Shown here: piece after piece, positions 61,882-64,000 of the stretch
Layout of the letters: each line of letters starts with the position of its first letter
Numbering within the stretch: position 1 is the stretch's first letter
Origin: Anthoceros angustus
Lineage: Eukaryota > Plantae > Anthocerotophyta
Assembly (NCBI GenBank): GCA_010909165.1
Contig: MU008177.1
Location: 186,001-250,000, forward strand
Reading direction: 5' to 3'
DNA: 64,000 bases
The notes under the pieces: model-generated
What the model was told of the DNA's origin: nothing
Seen by the model: only the letters and a program-made list of their open reading frames with translations
The model's database searches: none
Translations under genes and position numbers: made by a program

Positions 61882-64000
61882 CTACCATCTGACAGGGATT
61901 TTCTGCTCGGTTTGTGCGCTATGGCTTTCTGCAGGCTTGTAAGTAGGAGGTAAAGGAACTTTCCTGAGACTGGCATAGTGCTTCTCTGCATCTGTGGTGT
62001 TGCGGAGATCAGGGAAATTGTCTGGATGCGGATTCCACACAAATGGAATATTATCAGGATCTCTTTCTGGTGGCTTGATGCCCTGCTGGACGCCGAGGTG
62101 CTCCTTGACAGCACTAGTCCTGTTGTGATACCTCGGGTCCCCGATGATGGGTGGGGGCTTAAATCCATCAAACCTGTGCTTGCTCCATATGTTTTCTGGT
62201 GGCCAGTAACCTGGAGTTGGCACGTTGTGCACAATGCCAGCATGTTCTGCCTGTTCCCGTGCTGGTATGCGGCGCAGAGTATGGATTTCTTGCTCTTGTC
62301 GTCTGTCGATTCCCTTTGCAATCTCTTTATCCCGTTCTGACTCAGAGATATAAGGAGTGCGATCCAAAACATGAGCCAAGCGGTGCCTGCGGGCCTTGAC
62401 CTCTGCATCAAGGTCTGGTGGGGGAGCCCAGTGTCCACCATAAGAGATCCGCAGCTTGGGTTGAGTGTTGCACTCGACATCTGGTACCATCCTCCTGCCC
62501 CGAGGTCTGGTGTTCTTCTTCTCTTCAGTACGCACGTCCTCAACCATCTAAGGATTCATTTGAAACACGTGGATAGGGTAAGTACAGACAAATTCATAGC
62601 TGAGAGTTCACCTTGACCAAGCACTACAGGCAAGACTATGGGTTCCAAACTTACGAGTTTTCCTCCCTTGGGGAAGCACTCGTTCCAGTACTCAAGCAAC
62701 TTATCAGCAGGCAGATTCTTGTCAATGCGAGGATGGTAAAGAACAGGATGAGACTGATATCTCCTGCAAAAGCATCAGCGAACATGTTAAAATAACAAGG
62801 CAGTTTAAATGCAGGTGCTTGTCCAGACCCCAATCGAAGGAGTTTGCTATCATAGCCTTGTGAAGAAGGTGAAGGCCCTTACTCTTGTACGCAAGCCTTG
62901 TTAAGAGGAATGTGAGTCTCATCCTCATCATCAGCATTAAGATGTCCGTGCACTGTGCTTCTGTAAAATGGAGGATTCCAAAGCGTTGGGTCCAAAATCT
63001 CCTTAGGCTTCACGCGCCGATCAACACGTATGCCCATGAACCGCTTCTCCGTTTCTTCCTGTCAACAAAGACAACGATCCAATTGATGCCAACAACAGGA
63101 GTCTAATTTGGGCTCACAGGCAACGGTTTAAGCCTCAAGTCATGGAATCAAAGGGAAAGAAACAGTTTTTGAACTTCAAAAGACGGACCTTTGTGATATC
63201 ATGCTTGAGAGGATCTCGCAACCCACTTGTAGTATACTTTCCATCCAGCCTTCCTCTTGCAAATGGATCATACTCTTTCAAATTAATGATGTCCCTGAAC
63301 ACTCTCTTGTGGTTGGATTGATTGATATACTCATAGTGATAATGCGCTGGCAAAGCGTTCCATGTTAGATAGACGGCAGAGACAAAAGCCTGTCGACTGT
63401 ATCAACTCTTGTAAAAGTAAGTGAAAGGTCAGCCATACACCAACATGATACATATTGTAGAAAACTCACTGTTTTTATTCATGATATCATCAACACTCAA
63501 AGCATCCATATTCCTGTCCACTTGATCTTGGATATATCTGAATACATATCTGACCCAATCACGATGCATCTGCTCTTTAGCTTCATCATCCTTCCTTTGC
63601 GCATTGTCCAGAGCTGTTAGGCATTCCTTAACAGTTGGTTCTTTACCAGCGATCCCATCTTCAATAACACTAATGTCCTCCATCAACTTGTCATGTTCTT
63701 TTGCATCTTTGATTGCCTTGCGCTTCATGCACAACTGAATACAAGACAACAACATACCATGTGCTTTTTCATAGCTAGATTGATGCAACAGTGTGTGCCC
63801 CAGGCCATTCCCTTGAATCCTTGCAAACAATCTTCAAGCTTGCCTAAGGTTCAGTGACTCAAATTCAGAGTGACGAACAATCTCTGCATCATCTTTTGGC
63901 AGATCATATTAATCGGACGGCAGAATCAAATCCAAAAGAATCCCTGTCGACCATTCCTCAGGAGAATCTAAGCTCCACCAACAAGTTGGCTCACCTCCAA
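61882..64000 (-). CDS. Partial multi-exon gene of unknown function (5' end outside the window; further exons toward ~60,700 possible)
   Basis: Consecutive minus-strand coding-like blocks bounded by GT/AG: ~63830-63440, 63353-63170, 63059-62885 (EETEKRFMGIRVDRR), 62763-62655 (RYQSHPVLYHPRID..KL|gtaagt) and 62547-61882. Confidence 0.6.

Noticed and set aside
61641-62543. 300 aa minus-strand ORF overlapping 61882-62547
   Set aside because: It is an alternative frame of the same exon; the splice phase (KL|gtaagt...ag|ATG GTT) supports the other frame.

Overview
Eukaryotic, plant-type (streptophyte) genomic DNA; I infer a non-seed plant or streptophyte alga from the compact genes and ~90-220 bp GT-AG introns. 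The window has two halves. (1) 1-~43,050 is a nested repeat block. It contains a ~5 kb segmental duplication carrying a small double-F-box ORF and a broken membrane-protein gene, and two arrays of a C-rich 'ACAATGGC' satellite. It also holds a degenerate minus-strand Ty3/Gypsy pol in which a DNMT3-type cytosine methyltransferase (motifs I, IV, VI, VIII, IX-X all readable) sits directly upstream of RT-RNaseH-integrase, with a PHD finger at the integrase C-terminus. The remaining repeats are Copia gag, LTR and RT remnants, a 21.5 kb CACTA/EnSpm-type DNA transposon with perfect 30 bp CCCTA TIRs and an ATA target duplication, and a CRE-clade non-LTR retrotransposon. (2) ~43,050-64,000 is gene-dense: PUX10-like UBX protein, THUMP-domain protein, two NFD4/nodulin-like MFS paralogues, an intronless glycosyltransferase, an intronless PHAF1/UPF0183 gene, an AT-rich orphan ORF, and part of an unidentified multi-exon gene. 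The most striking item is the retrotransposon encoding both a chromatin writer (DNMT) and a reader (PHD). All calls are by eye from motifs and no searches were run. Many TE frameshifts may be consensus errors rather than biology.
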